In this document: positions 1 through 11,740 of the stretch, piece by piece
Position numbering within the stretch: position 1 is the stretch's first letter
Layout: every line of letters starts with the position of its first letter
Assembly: GCA_002633005.1 (NCBI GenBank)
Contig: NMRA01000145.1
Location: forward strand, 467,441-531,440
Direction: 5' to 3'
Length of the DNA: 64,000 bases
Source of the DNA: Phoronis australis
Lineage: Eukaryota > Animalia > Phoronida
Translations under genes and position numbers: made by a program
Notes under the pieces: model-generated
Seen by the model: the letters and a program-made list of their open reading frames with translations, nothing else
The model's database searches: none
Told to the model about the DNA's origin: nothing

Positions 1-21
1 TGAAAATTATTTCTTTTGCAG

Positions 22-2996
22 CTCGTGTGTTGTCAGCGCTGAGTCTCAACTTAACTAACAAGGCGCAGTCATACAGTGACCCCACCCTCAACTCCGTCTT
101 TATGATGAATAACTATAACTACATTATGAAGGCCTTGGACAGGTAATTGTTCTTTACAGCGAAATCTTGGAGTTCCTTGGTGGATTTTCATGAAAGTTGG
201 CAAGTATTTTTGTAATAGAGAGACGTCTATGCCAATTTTGGGCAGGTTTGACGTATTCCATGCCATCCAATGTCCATTTGTATGTTACCAAAACACCATT
301 AATAGCACACCGTTTGCGTTTCAGTCATGGAAACAGTACAACGCTCCATGTTGCTCTTGTAAAAATTAAGTTTGTTTGGAAATGCAAGTTTTCTTTATGT
401 ACAAACCAGATTCAAATCTACTTTGTGATAAACAGACCTTCAGGCTTAATACAAGACTAAGTCAACTAGCTTTTTATGTAGATTAGAAATCAAGGACGAT
501 AGAGTGCATGTTGGAACAGCTAGAGAGAAGAGTGGTTGCCAGACATGATGGGAAAACTAGATTGTTTAGATTAGTTTAGGTCATACCGTTAGCACTCTTG
601 AATGTCTTCTTTTGTCTTCGTCGTTATTCAGGGACGGTTTGTTGGATCTGATTCACCAGTGGAATCCGGATGTCAAAAAGTTTTACGAAGCTCAAATCAT
701 AGAACAGAAGAGGATGTACTCCCAGAGGTAACTATGCAGTTAAGATTTGAGATGGCTATATTCCCTGAGGTAACGATGCGGTTAAGATTTGAGGTGGCTA
801 CTTCAGATTGTTTAACACTAGCTCATGTGGCAAAAACATGTTAGTGTTAAAAGTGTTTCTTCATTATATATTTAATATTCATCCATTTTGCTCGTCAATG
901 AAATTCAAGGAAACATTTAATATACTATTTCCGCTTGATATTAGTTTAAAGAACTAGCCCATAAAATGAATTCTAGCAGAAATAATTAGGGCAATACCTA
1001 TTCACAAAAAAGTTAAGTTTTGAATTTCTGGTGGTGCACCCTCAAAATGGCCACCACAGTTGAATGCCAATGAACTTCAAGCTCTATGAAACTGTTAATA
1101 GAAAATATGAGCTGTAGATTGCAGAATGCCCCTACTCTGGTGATACCTTTCAATTGATGAGACTCTTTCTATGTTCTCATCTATGTATCTAGTTTAAATA
1201 TAAGTTAATAATCATAATTATAATAATAGCAATGCAGTAACAGTTAGTAAATAGTAATATAACATTATAATAATGATCTAGTCATTATGTATAATGAATA
1301 ATATTTTCCATGATGACACATTGTTCATAATTACAGCATCTATTATCTGACACATTGTTTTGTTAGACAGCTTATTTCAGCACTGTTATTGTTTTAACAA
1401 TGTAGTTTACTGAATGGTTTCTACTTGTACAGTTTCAGTCGTGTAATGCACTATATCCTAGAAGTACACAAACCAATGTCACAACAGAAAACATCATCAG
1501 CAGAAACGATGAAGGTAAATAGTTTTAGATAATGAGCTCAAGTTGAGCTATGTTCTTTTCTTGCTATTGATGTTTTTATGGTTTGCAATGTCTGTAATAC
1601 CCATCATCCAAGCCCCCTGTTGGCTGGAAAGGTAGACGTACATTCTCTGTTTTCATTGGTTGATTTCATTCAGGTTTGGATGACTTGTATCCCATAATCC
1701 ATTGTGATGTGACATTATAAGTAGACTTTCCCTTGCTTTGCAAAATGTTCCCTCACAGTAGCATTGCTTTGCAGGATGATATTTTATGATCATTAATGGT
1801 CTTTCTTGTTTTCAAGGACACTTGTCAACCTACCTGTTTGGTATGAGGTTAACTGGTTATTTTCGCTTACTTTTCATTGATTTTGTTGTTTAGTTATTTT
1901 CACTATCTATTCAATATATAAGTCAATGAATGAAAATCTAATGTGCATTACTGCTAGAGTTTAGCGGTTAAACTAAAACTTGAAAATTGTTTTTTTCGAT
2001 GACATTGCAGCTTAAAGACAAGGAAAGGCAAATAATTAAAGACAAGTTTGCCGTAAGTTTTTATAAGTTGACTTTTTATATCTGCAAGAAGTGGGTCACT
2101 GAAGGGAAAGGTGTGATTTCAACACCCTTGTACACACAAATGCTAAATCTCAGAGGAGGTGGGACGTGGAGGTAACTTGGGGATGCAGAAGTGATCACCA
2201 CCGAGGGTGGATGAAAATGATGACGACTGGGTGGCTGAGTTTAACAAAGTTGAATATGTACTCTGTGTCCCATATTTTTCCTTCCTACTGTTCTGCATAA
2301 TAATACAGTAAACCATTCCTTTGTAAAAATCATTGTCCTAAACACCACTTGGGTTTAGTTCAATAGTTGTCATGTAGTTTCGATTTTAGAAGTGGTAAAA
2401 TCTTGAGTAAGACAACCTTAATGGAATGTGTTTTTACCACACTGGCCCATAGGAAGGTGATGCAATCATGACAAGCCAAATCTGAAAAGTCAAAGAGTGG
2501 CTGTATTAAGATTTGTGGTCATCTTGACACTTGTTTCATAATGTGCGTGTGACTTTTTGAATTAGTACATTTGGTTGCTACACCAGGTTCTAGTATTGTT
2601 ACATTTTGTCTAAATCTGAGACTCATTTGTCTCTGGGGTTAGTTTATTCCATGCACGATCTATCAGGGTATTTAACAAGTTTGTTAATATGAAATATATC
2701 GAAGTGTATTCTAGAATCCACTAAGAATTCTCCCACATGATTTTATACTTCTTTTGCAGGGATTCAACAAGGAAATTGAGGACCTCTACCGTGTCCAGCG
2801 GGGCTATGCCATCCCCGACCCCGAACTGCAGAAATCTCTGATACTTGAAAATAAAGATTATGTGATTACACGCTATCAGGTGTTTTTGGATAAATACCAA
2901 CAGATGGCGTTCACAAAGAACATTACCAAATACATAAAGTATAAAGTGGCAGACTTGGAGCAACTGCTTGAGAAATTTTTTGATTCTGCATCGTAA
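22..2996 (+). CDS. EXOC7: Exocyst complex component 7 (Exo70), 3' part; exons 22-142, 632-727, 1433-1514, 2011-2052, 2760-2996 (5' exons lie upstream of the window)
   Basis: Five exons bounded by AG/GT with consistent phases (2,2,0,0) splice into ...RVLSALSLNLTNKAQSYSDPTLNSVFMMNNYNYIMKALDR-DGLLDLIHQW...QKRMYSQS-FSRVMHYILEV...MK-LKDKERQIIKDKFA-GFNKEIEDL...YAIPDPEL...FTKNITKYIKY...FFDSAS*. This is colinear with the Exo70 C-terminus (DPALSAIFLHNNYNYI, LRDKERQIIKERF, FTKNPEKYIKY, FDTSA). Confidence 0.96.
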
Positions 2997-3285
2997 ACAG
3001 GAAATGGAGAGATGAGCTGCCAATATGGTGGACAACTGTTTTTGTGCTCAATGGAGAGAAGAGGGTGTGCTTGGGAGGGCCACCATGATTGTGGTTTACT
3101 GACATAAATTATTTTATTGGAAACAGTATAATTACTTGCCATCTTTAAGAAGATTGACAAGATTAATTTTCACAGTAAACGTGGTTTCTGCTAACATTGA
3201 GGTCTTGCTTTCCATCGACGTAGGAGATTAATCTACGTGCCCGTTTGGCCAGATGTATTTGTAGCCGCTGATTGTAAATTTGGGC

Positions 3286-3515
3286 AGGTGCGTGTAATGA
3301 AAATGTTGTCACTACTGGCTGTAACAGTACAAGACATAGGGAGGTAGGGAGGTGCGTGTAATAAAAAGGTTGTCACTACTGGCTGTATTACAGTACAAGA
3401 CAAAGGGATGCGCGTGTAATGAAAATGTCACTACTGGCTGTATTACAGTACAAGACATAGGGAGGTGCGTGTAATAAAAATGTCACTACTGGCTGTATTA
3501 CAGTATAGGACAAAA
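3286..3515. repeat. Minisatellite, 4 copies of a ~55-64 bp unit (GTGCGTGTAATRAAAA..TGTCACTACTGGCTGTA..ACAGTACAAGACA), probably in the EXOC7 3' UTR
   Basis: Units start at about 3286, 3350, 3408 and 3463. Confidence 0.9.
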
Positions 3516-6500
3516 GTAATGGGAGTAAATACCATTTCCCTATCATGGTGGCTAATTCTGTTAGCAGCAAAAATTTCTGGTGAAGACTATTAGGGCAGTA
3601 AAACTGTAATTACGGAGTCACTTAGCCACCTTACTAACTTTCCTGCTGATTCCCCTTCATTTTTGGTCATAAGATTGAGTACTCTTGACTGTAAATTCGA
3701 CTTTGGCCCAACCGTTACCATTAGGTACCATTGTCTTGCAGTGTAAAAATCAAGAAATTTCCGCTATTACAATCTAATTTAGAATCATGCTGGATTAAAC
3801 TTGTCCAGCACGCCTTTTGTGTTGGTACACAATACTATGGTTGAGCTGGTAAGACCTTGCAATCGCACAGAGGAATCAACAGGTGAAAGTTAAGTCTAAT
3901 TTCCTTGAAAGTCAACCGGTTTTCTCCATTCGAAGTTTTTTTTTTGGTGAAAGTATTTCTTACATAACACATCTGCTTCACGACATTTGTTGAAAGTTGT
4001 TTGCAAATACTATTTTTAAATTTCGGTTGGCATCAGGCGCGCTGTTTTAAACAGAACTGTTGGATTACATGAGCATCAGATGAAAGCAGACAATAAGAGA
4101 GCTGGATTGTGTAAACCGTGGTTTCCCACTGTCAAACTGATAACAATGTGGCTGTATCCCGACTGGCGGATCAGTCAGTCGGATACTTGTTCCACACTGC
4201 GCGGGTGCCTAATGTTTTGGATGAATACTGCTGCCTTGTACTGTAAATATGTAATGTGTAAACCAACTCGGTGCAGTTTGTGTAGTCAGAAAATATTTGA
4301 CCTTTGCTTAGACCTATAACAGCTGTCAACCTTGTCCTCTTAGATCAGTGAAAACTACCATTGGCAGTCGTGGTAATAGAAAATGGGGATTTGTAATTTT
4401 GTGGGCCATGGGAGTTGCTGAAATTACATTGTGCAATAAAGAAAATACTGGTAATTGCTGGTTTTGTTCATTTTTCTCTGTCTGTTTACAGTTAAATATC
4501 CTGTACATTATAGAATTTAAAACAGTTCATGTGTTGCAGTACATGTGTCGAACTTTTTAAGGGGATTACAAAAACGTTATTTAGAATGCAGGTGACTTCT
4601 ACTGTTTTCAAGTTGTCAACAGTGGGGAGGTTTGGTTGTGCGAATTGTGCATAGAGTTCATAGGGCATGTGGTACATTCAGAAGAGCAATAATTTCACTT
4701 GTAAATGTGTGATTGGAAATTAGGAGTTTGAGGGGTAAGTGATAACCACTGAGGGTAGCATGATAGGGGAAGAAATTGGTAAGTACACAATTCTAACCCA
4801 TCGACTTCGCCAATCAGTTTCTGGGTATGCCCGTATTTTGTTCTCTGTTCCTGTATGTGAAGCTGTACCTACATGTATGTGTTGATTGGAAGGATCACGT
4901 GACCCTTTACAGTGTATGATATTATTTCCAAGCCAGGATTTGGTCTAGTGTCAGATTTAACGAGTGCTACGTAGTTTGGATCAATCAAGAGTATCGATAG
5001 ATAATACATGCTGTGAGCATGCCCTTTACAACTGAGATTCCTTATCACAACCCCTTTTGTGTACATTCTTTCAGGGACTGCTTCTGTTGTGAGTTAGTGA
5101 TGCGAAAATTAGGCGATATAAGTCATGCTAGAAACTACTTTCCCACGAATATCTCAAGGCTTGGGTTTTTATTAACAAAATCGCTATTTATACTTGATAT
5201 ATTTTGAAAATTCAATAATCCACGTAAGTCTTGATTCTACTCCTTTATTCAGATTTTATGGTTTCCATCGGTTTTCGTGTCCCAAATAGAAAATCGAAAA
5301 AAAGACCGTGGATGCTTTCAAGCCTTGAATTTAGATAGGAAACAGTCATTATCCTGATTACTATATGACCTTCCAGTGAATATAGATTCGCTCTCTTGAT
5401 GACAGCGACAGTAAGGCTGGAATGTGGAGAAAACCAGTCCAGCTGACCATGTGACCTTGTCGGGAGAAATTCAAAAGATTTCTTCAAATTGATCCTTATA
5501 TCGTTCGGTTTAAAAGGGTTTTACATCATGTAAAAGTAGACAATCGTTGAATTTGTGAAAGTGAAACCAAAACTGACTTGAAACTAGGCGTCTTCTCATA
5601 ACTCGGCGATGAGGCATGACGTCTGAACTTATTCTCCCACAACAAAATGTGTGTAGTGGCATTACGTCTTCGTCTCCGTCAGGGGCAAGCGTCCCGGCGT
5701 CCAGGGTGGCGTCGAGCCTCCACCACCGTACATGACTCCAAAACCCCTGGATGGATGTTCGGTGAAATTTTGTAGAAAGGCATGCTTCCGACTATGAATG
5801 GGATGTACCTAGCCTATTCGACTACTTCTGTCCCCCTTAGTGACGACGCTAGCGTACCGAGTGGCCTTGACGGATTGCCAAATAGATTTCTTAGTATTAA
5901 GCAGAAGAAAACTTCATATTTTATAACTGTTCTTTTCTGCGCTTAGTGTTTTTGGAGTCCTTTGTACTCTTACATTTGCCAAACCGATTCAAGGATGATA
6001 ATGAAATATCACAGGCTCCATATGTTCCTGTTGAGATTGACCACAGTTGATTTTGATTTTAGACCAGATCCCGCCACTGTTGCGTCCCTTAGTACCGTTT
6101 TGTAAATTTTCCTTTGGAAATTAAAGTTGGCCCCACCCCGTACGACATCTTAGATCCGCCAGTGTAACAAACTTATATCAATAGATTGGTTTGTAAGCTG
6201 GAAGATGCCATCGCCAGCCGGCATTCAAATGTTCTGAAGCGGGTTCACCCGGCTGATCCGAGGGAGTGAATCAAGAGCAGGCCAGAGTAGTTGGCTAAAA
6301 CCATTCAATAAAAATACCAAATAAATAGTATAACACTATGAACAGGAACACACACGCCTTACTTGTAAATCATGTATTTTCTTGAATTGCTTAAAAATTC
6401 AGCATGATGGTCTTATGCTTTAAGACCTTTCTCGAACATAATGTCGTGACAATAGACATCTTAATGCTGTGATGTCTACGGTCGTGACCTTGTCTAGATC

Positions 6501-7030
6501 GGAAGACGGTAGGCCTACGCACAGAGATGAGGTCTAGGCGTTATTTTAGGAGTTTAATTTTGGGTCTTCGTCATGCAGTGGGTAAATTGATTTGCCACCA
6601 TATTTTTAGCAAGCAGTTTGATTTTCTGAATATTTTTCGTTAAACAAACCCTTCCTTTCGAGTACAGGGTTGGGTGCTTTACATACCATAGCAGAAACGT
6701 ACTCTGGCACTAAGTTGCAAGATCCGGTTGATCTCGCGTCAAATTCACGCTGAACAATACTTCTTGTATTGAAATATAAAATGAACATGTTAAGAGGTTT
6801 TAAATGTCGGTTGTACAATATTTTTAATTACTGGTCAAACTTAGATAAAAAACTACACCTGTGCACATAGGTGTGAAAAAATCACTTCATTCTTACGGTC
6901 TTACTGACACTTGCGACTCGATTCATCAGCCTTGTATCATCACTGCATGGTGACAAGGGTATGAACCATATATTCCATGTTTCAAGCTTAGGTTTTTACT
7001 GCTTGTAATAGGTTATTTTCGTGAACGCTT

Positions 7031-8776
7031 TCACGCGCGTTTACCTCTAAGTGGGAAACTGTCAATCTTTCTTTCAATTTCTTTTAGAATTTGTCGGTCC
7101 CATCAACTTCAACTGCTCTACATGGTTTTAATACAGGCGGAATGTTCTTACATCCAGGCAACCTAACAGGGATTATGGTGCTGTCTTCTCCTCTTTCGCT
7201 CCTATCGGCAATAATTGACGTAAGAGTACGGAAAGCCACCGACGTGCCTGTGAAGAAGTCATCACTGCAGAAAACTAGTACATATTGACACGATTTGTCG
7301 AGGATAGTCCATGATTCGACAGTGTTCTCTCCACACAACAGATCTCGATCAAGAAAGAAGCACCGTACTTGCAACTGCTTCTCCAAGTACGTCAGACACT
7401 ATTGCGGCAATTTGGTCGATGTCGTCATCATGGTAAACGACACCAAACTCGTACTCATCTTCGTATTGTCCCCTAGCTAACCGTTGAGCTTTACTGCTCA
7501 TTTCTTTTGCACTGTCTGAAGAACCCATTTTCTCATAAATATTCGCCCACAACTCGTACAAATCGCTGTCTAGATTTCCGCCATGTTGTTCAGCCTGCTG
7601 GCACCGTCCAATGGCGGCATGGTATTCACCTTTCAGGAAATGGGCTTTTGCTAATTCCCGTGAACAGTACCACACATCAAACCCCTTTTCAATAGCAATT
7701 TTAAAACAACCTATGGCTTTGTTGAGTAACTTTACTTTCTCGGAAGAGTTGTCTAGCTTACACTCACAGTCATATTTCTCAAGACTCCACAGCCCTAGCA
7801 AATGGTGACCATAACCATTCTCCTCGTCCAAATCAATAGCTGCTTGCAAATCATCTCTGGCTTCAGGCATGAAACCCATGTTCATGTATGCGAGACTAGT
7901 GCGTCTGAGAATCATAGGCGCGTTTGTAGAAGTTGCTTTCTCATTAGCCTTTTTCATACAGCTTTGTACTGTGCAATCAGAAAATTCTTTTGGACAGTCT
8001 AGGCCTTCAACATCTCCCAGTCGTCTATATTTTTGCGGTCGATCGTATCTGGACATAAGTGATCCTATGAAGCACCATGCCTTTGGGACCGTGTCTTTCC
8101 ATAACTCTTGTAGAACGGTATCATTCGAAGTTGGGGTTGGCTGTTTGGAGGTCACAATCCTATAAAGGTATTCCATTGATTCTTTAAAGTATTTAGACTG
8201 CGTCTTGCCGTATGTGTTATCTGTGATGAAACAGAAGTAGGCATATCCGAGAGACCATTCTATTTTGGTGTCCTTGGGAACTTCATTGCAATGTATTGCT
8301 TCAAGAAACAAACTTCGGGCTACTGGAATACCACCCGGTTGCAGTTGAGCATTGACAGCTGACATAATCCCAGCAAGCTCATACTTAGCGTACGCCTTAC
8401 TTCTGTCTACCAACGAATCGTTGGACAGGATATCCTGGATTTTCGTCTCGTACTCTTCAGCTTTTGAAGGAAGTTTCATTTGTTCATAGGTGAACAGTAG
8501 GTTGAGTAGGGCGTTTATACTAGAGGGGTTTTCTGTAAGAACGTCTTCAAACCATCGAACAGCTTTGTCGTTTTCATTTATTTTGAAGTTCAAATATCCC
8601 AGTAAAATCATCATGGTGTGTCTTCTTGCATTCGGTTCACTTTTTATTTCTCTTGAAAATCGATGAAGGCACTTTTCAAACGTGCCTTTCATGTTCTGTA
8701 GAAAGCGGTTTGTGAAAAGGCTGGCGATGCCATCCTTACGCAGTTGCTTCACTACATCCCTGCCTTCTGCCATCAT
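7031..8776 (-). pseudogene. TPR-TIR paralog 1: TPR region intact, TIR frameshifted; as sequenced it would make a 475-aa TPR-only protein (8776-7349)
   Basis: ORFs 7349..8866 and 7084..7386 together align to intact paralog 2. A 4-nt insertion GTAC at 7387-7390 shifts the frame after ...IVSD. A 1-nt deletion near 7086 creates a second shift; the repaired tail reads ...DKF-x-KEIERKIDSFPLRGKRA*, stop at 7031-7033. The start is taken as ATGATG at 8776, just after the acceptor ttgcag|attc. Confidence 0.85.
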
Positions 8777-10107
8777 GAATCTGCAATATAAATTAAAGAG
8801 TTTTAGATTCCATGAAAAACCATCCCACCCACATGTTATTTTTTTTTCCAGTACTGCTTCATACATTCATTCTCAATGAATCGTGACAAATGGTTCTCTC
8901 AATGAATCGCGACAAATGGTGAAGCCAATTTAATGTTCTGTTCACCACAGAGAATGTCCGAAATCATGAAACAACGTCAAAAGATCTTTAAAATAAATGA
9001 AAATATGTCTAATGTGGGTGCTGTTTCTTATGACCGGCCACAGTTTACATGTTAGGTGTTACAATGTACCATGTAGCACAGGGTTCCATAAAATTGCGTA
9101 AAGCTGAAAAAACGACAAGGTAGAAACAGGCTCCTTCTGTTATAAAAACTTGTCCAATCGAAACGAATAATTGTGCTTGGGAAACTCAGGGAGACATATT
9201 CAAAGCAAAAGCCAACGTTTACTGAGTGACGCCAAATCTCAAAACATTTACGAGACCTCATTGGCGTGTTTTTGTACAATAACGTTTCAACAGATATTTC
9301 AGTGAATTCATGATCAATAATTCGTAATACAAAAAGACGACGATGACATTATTTTTTTAAGCCTTTGCCTGATCTGGAGGGGGCTGTGCGCTGCGGAATT
9401 TTTTGGAATCATTTACGAGACGTGCATAAACTCAACAATAGTGATTTAATTAAAATGAAGATGTAGAAACTAAAAAATTCTACTAATCTATGCTGATGTG
9501 CAAAATCAATACACAGCTTTAAAAGTTTTTGACGGACATTTAGAAAAAATAATGCTGGCCTTGCTTATCATTTACGAGTTTCATTTACGGGAGAACGATT
9601 TTCTAATTAGGCCAAGTCCAATAAATTCCACCTACTATTGGCATGTGTGACCTGAATATACAGGCCAATTTTTCAAAAACGAGCACGTGCGCTTCAGCCA
9701 ACATTGATAGGTCTACTGTCTGAAAATACTCGGTAAAGCAGTCACCAGAACTTTTGGGTAAGTTTTCAGTAATTTCACTTTTATAATTCATATGTTTCAG
9801 TGTTGTTATTAAAGTGCTGAGGGAAGTGACGAAATGCTTCCTGTGAAACATAGTTTGATTAGAATTTGCTTGACGTTGGTCTGATAAGTTCTCGCAAAAA
9901 TTGTCACGTAAATGACATTCAGTGTCCCGTAAGGGATTTGTTTTATTTTTGCCCAAATTAAACTCATTTCTTTAAGTAGTAAGTAAATTATTATATGTGA
10001 CGATACACTGACTTAATGCAGCTGGGATTGCAAATATAGTGATGACATCTTTTTGTTTTATTTCATACTTATTAATTAAAGTTTGTCACCTTGGTTTGCG
10101 TTGCAGA

Positions 10108-10564
10108 ATGCCAAAATCCAAGTCGCAGTGGATGAAAGAATACAGAGCCCGTAAAAAGACACAACTTGATGACGAATGGGTTAGAAGGGAAAGTGAACGA
10201 GTTATGGGGTGTTTCGTATCAGGGTCAAAAATGGCAGAAGTACAAAAAGTCGAAAGACAAGAAAAGAATGTTACCCGAGTCCAAAGAAGTCGAGGTACAA
10301 GTGAAGCAAGGCGATTTTGTTGTAAGTCTCCGACATCTCGGACAAGTCGTGGACACAGATGATGACGACTTGCATGTGAAAGTCAACTTCTTGCAGCCGT
10401 CCAGTAAAATCATTGGATTGTTTATGTGGCCGAAGAAAACGGACAGGATTTGGCTACGGAAAGATGACATCCTGAAGCTAGTCCTAGACCTCGCACACAC
10501 TGGGACGAGCCGCAGAGTGTTCAAGGTGTCAGATGAATTGACGGATTATCTTTATTTCTCTTAA
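10108..10564 (+). mobile_element. Relic of a DNA-transposon-encoded protein, internally deleted (N-terminal basic helix joined to a C-terminal domain in another frame)
   Basis: MPKSKSQWMKEYRARKK resembles transposon-protein N-termini. GDFVV...GQVVDTDDDDLHVKVNFLQP...FMWPKKTDRIW...IL resembles the C-terminal domain of some invertebrate DNA-transposon proteins. No catalytic core lies between them. Superfamily not determined. Confidence 0.5.
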
Positions 10565-11139
10565 TGACGTTTAAAGCCGAGTTGAAGATTAAAAACGAAA
10601 TATTGTGGACGCGTGTATAAAGTTGGAAAATGCTATTGTGACTCACAGTTGAATTGTGGGCCGGTAGGCACTTGTTCAGTAAAGGTATTATAATTATAAA
10701 TTAACAAAAATGATTGATGCTGCAAATAACTTGCTAACCAACTGCCGAGAGTTGACCTTGAGATTAAATATCCCACCTGTGTACGAAAACATTGAAAAGT
10801 CATTATTTGACGTATGGCTGACACTGTAGCGTGTACACTATGAATACTAACCTTAAACAAGTAAAAAAACTTCACCATAATTCATCGTTTCTTTCATCTG
10901 TCAATTTCCGAGTCAGAAGTAAACTAAAATGAATGGTTAGTATTAACATTGTCACCTCGTCGCTTAAGCAATTCATTTCCTTGTGTGTTTATAACTGGTT
11001 TTGACGATTTGATGACCTGGTGACCCACATTTTGTTCACTCTGTTTTGTCACGCCATCAAAAATGAAGTTTATGATGTTACAAAACGTTGATTCTACGAA
11101 GCTTTACCAAGATTTAACGGGGGATCTTCATTACCTAAT

Positions 11140-11740
11140 ATATCACGCATCTTCAACAGAATGACGTGGTTGAGATTTCTGGGCCTGGCAGGTGCAGCCC
11201 AAATTGTATTTTGTCTGTCATAGGGCATTTAGTGACCAACGACATGTATTGAATCACATGGAATTGTTTGTGTGGCACTTCGAATGTATGATGAGCTAGC
11301 TCATTTGGGGGTCCTTTTTGGGTTTCTGGCGGACCCTTTCCAGAATGCAATTTGCCTGTCATGGATCATTCGGTATTCAGTGCGGTACTATTGTTCGTTT
11401 TAAATCAGTTTTAGATGGTACATCGAATATTTAATCTAGCTTAAATTTTCAATGGCATACAGTGGTTAAAATTTGGCGGTTTCTGGCGGGCACAGCCTGG
11501 AGTGTATTTTGACTGCCGCGGGGCATTAAGTGATCAGTGACATGTATTGCATCACATGAAATTGTTTTTTGTGGTACCTCGAATGTATGAGCTAGCTCAT
11601 TTTTGGAGGGTCCTTTTTGGTTTCTACCGGGCCCATTCCAGAGTGCAATTTGTCCGTTTTGGATCATTCGGTATTCATTACAGTACTAATGTCCGTTTTT
11701 AATCAGTTTTGGCCGGTACCTCGAATTTCTTACCTAGATC
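11140..11740. repeat. Diverged tandem dimer of a ~300-bp unit
   Basis: Blocks such as GGGCATT.AGTGA, GACATGTATTG.ATCACAT, GAGCTAGCTCATTT and GGATCATTCGGTATTCA each occur twice about 300 bp apart. Confidence 0.85.

Noticed and set aside
3286-3515. Possible CRISPR-like repeat-spacer array
   Set aside because: It is a head-to-tail minisatellite with no variable spacers.
8777-8866. 30-aa N-terminal extension of paralog 1 given by the ORF track
   Set aside because: It is not shared with any paralog and lies upstream of the conserved splice acceptor, so it is likely intron.
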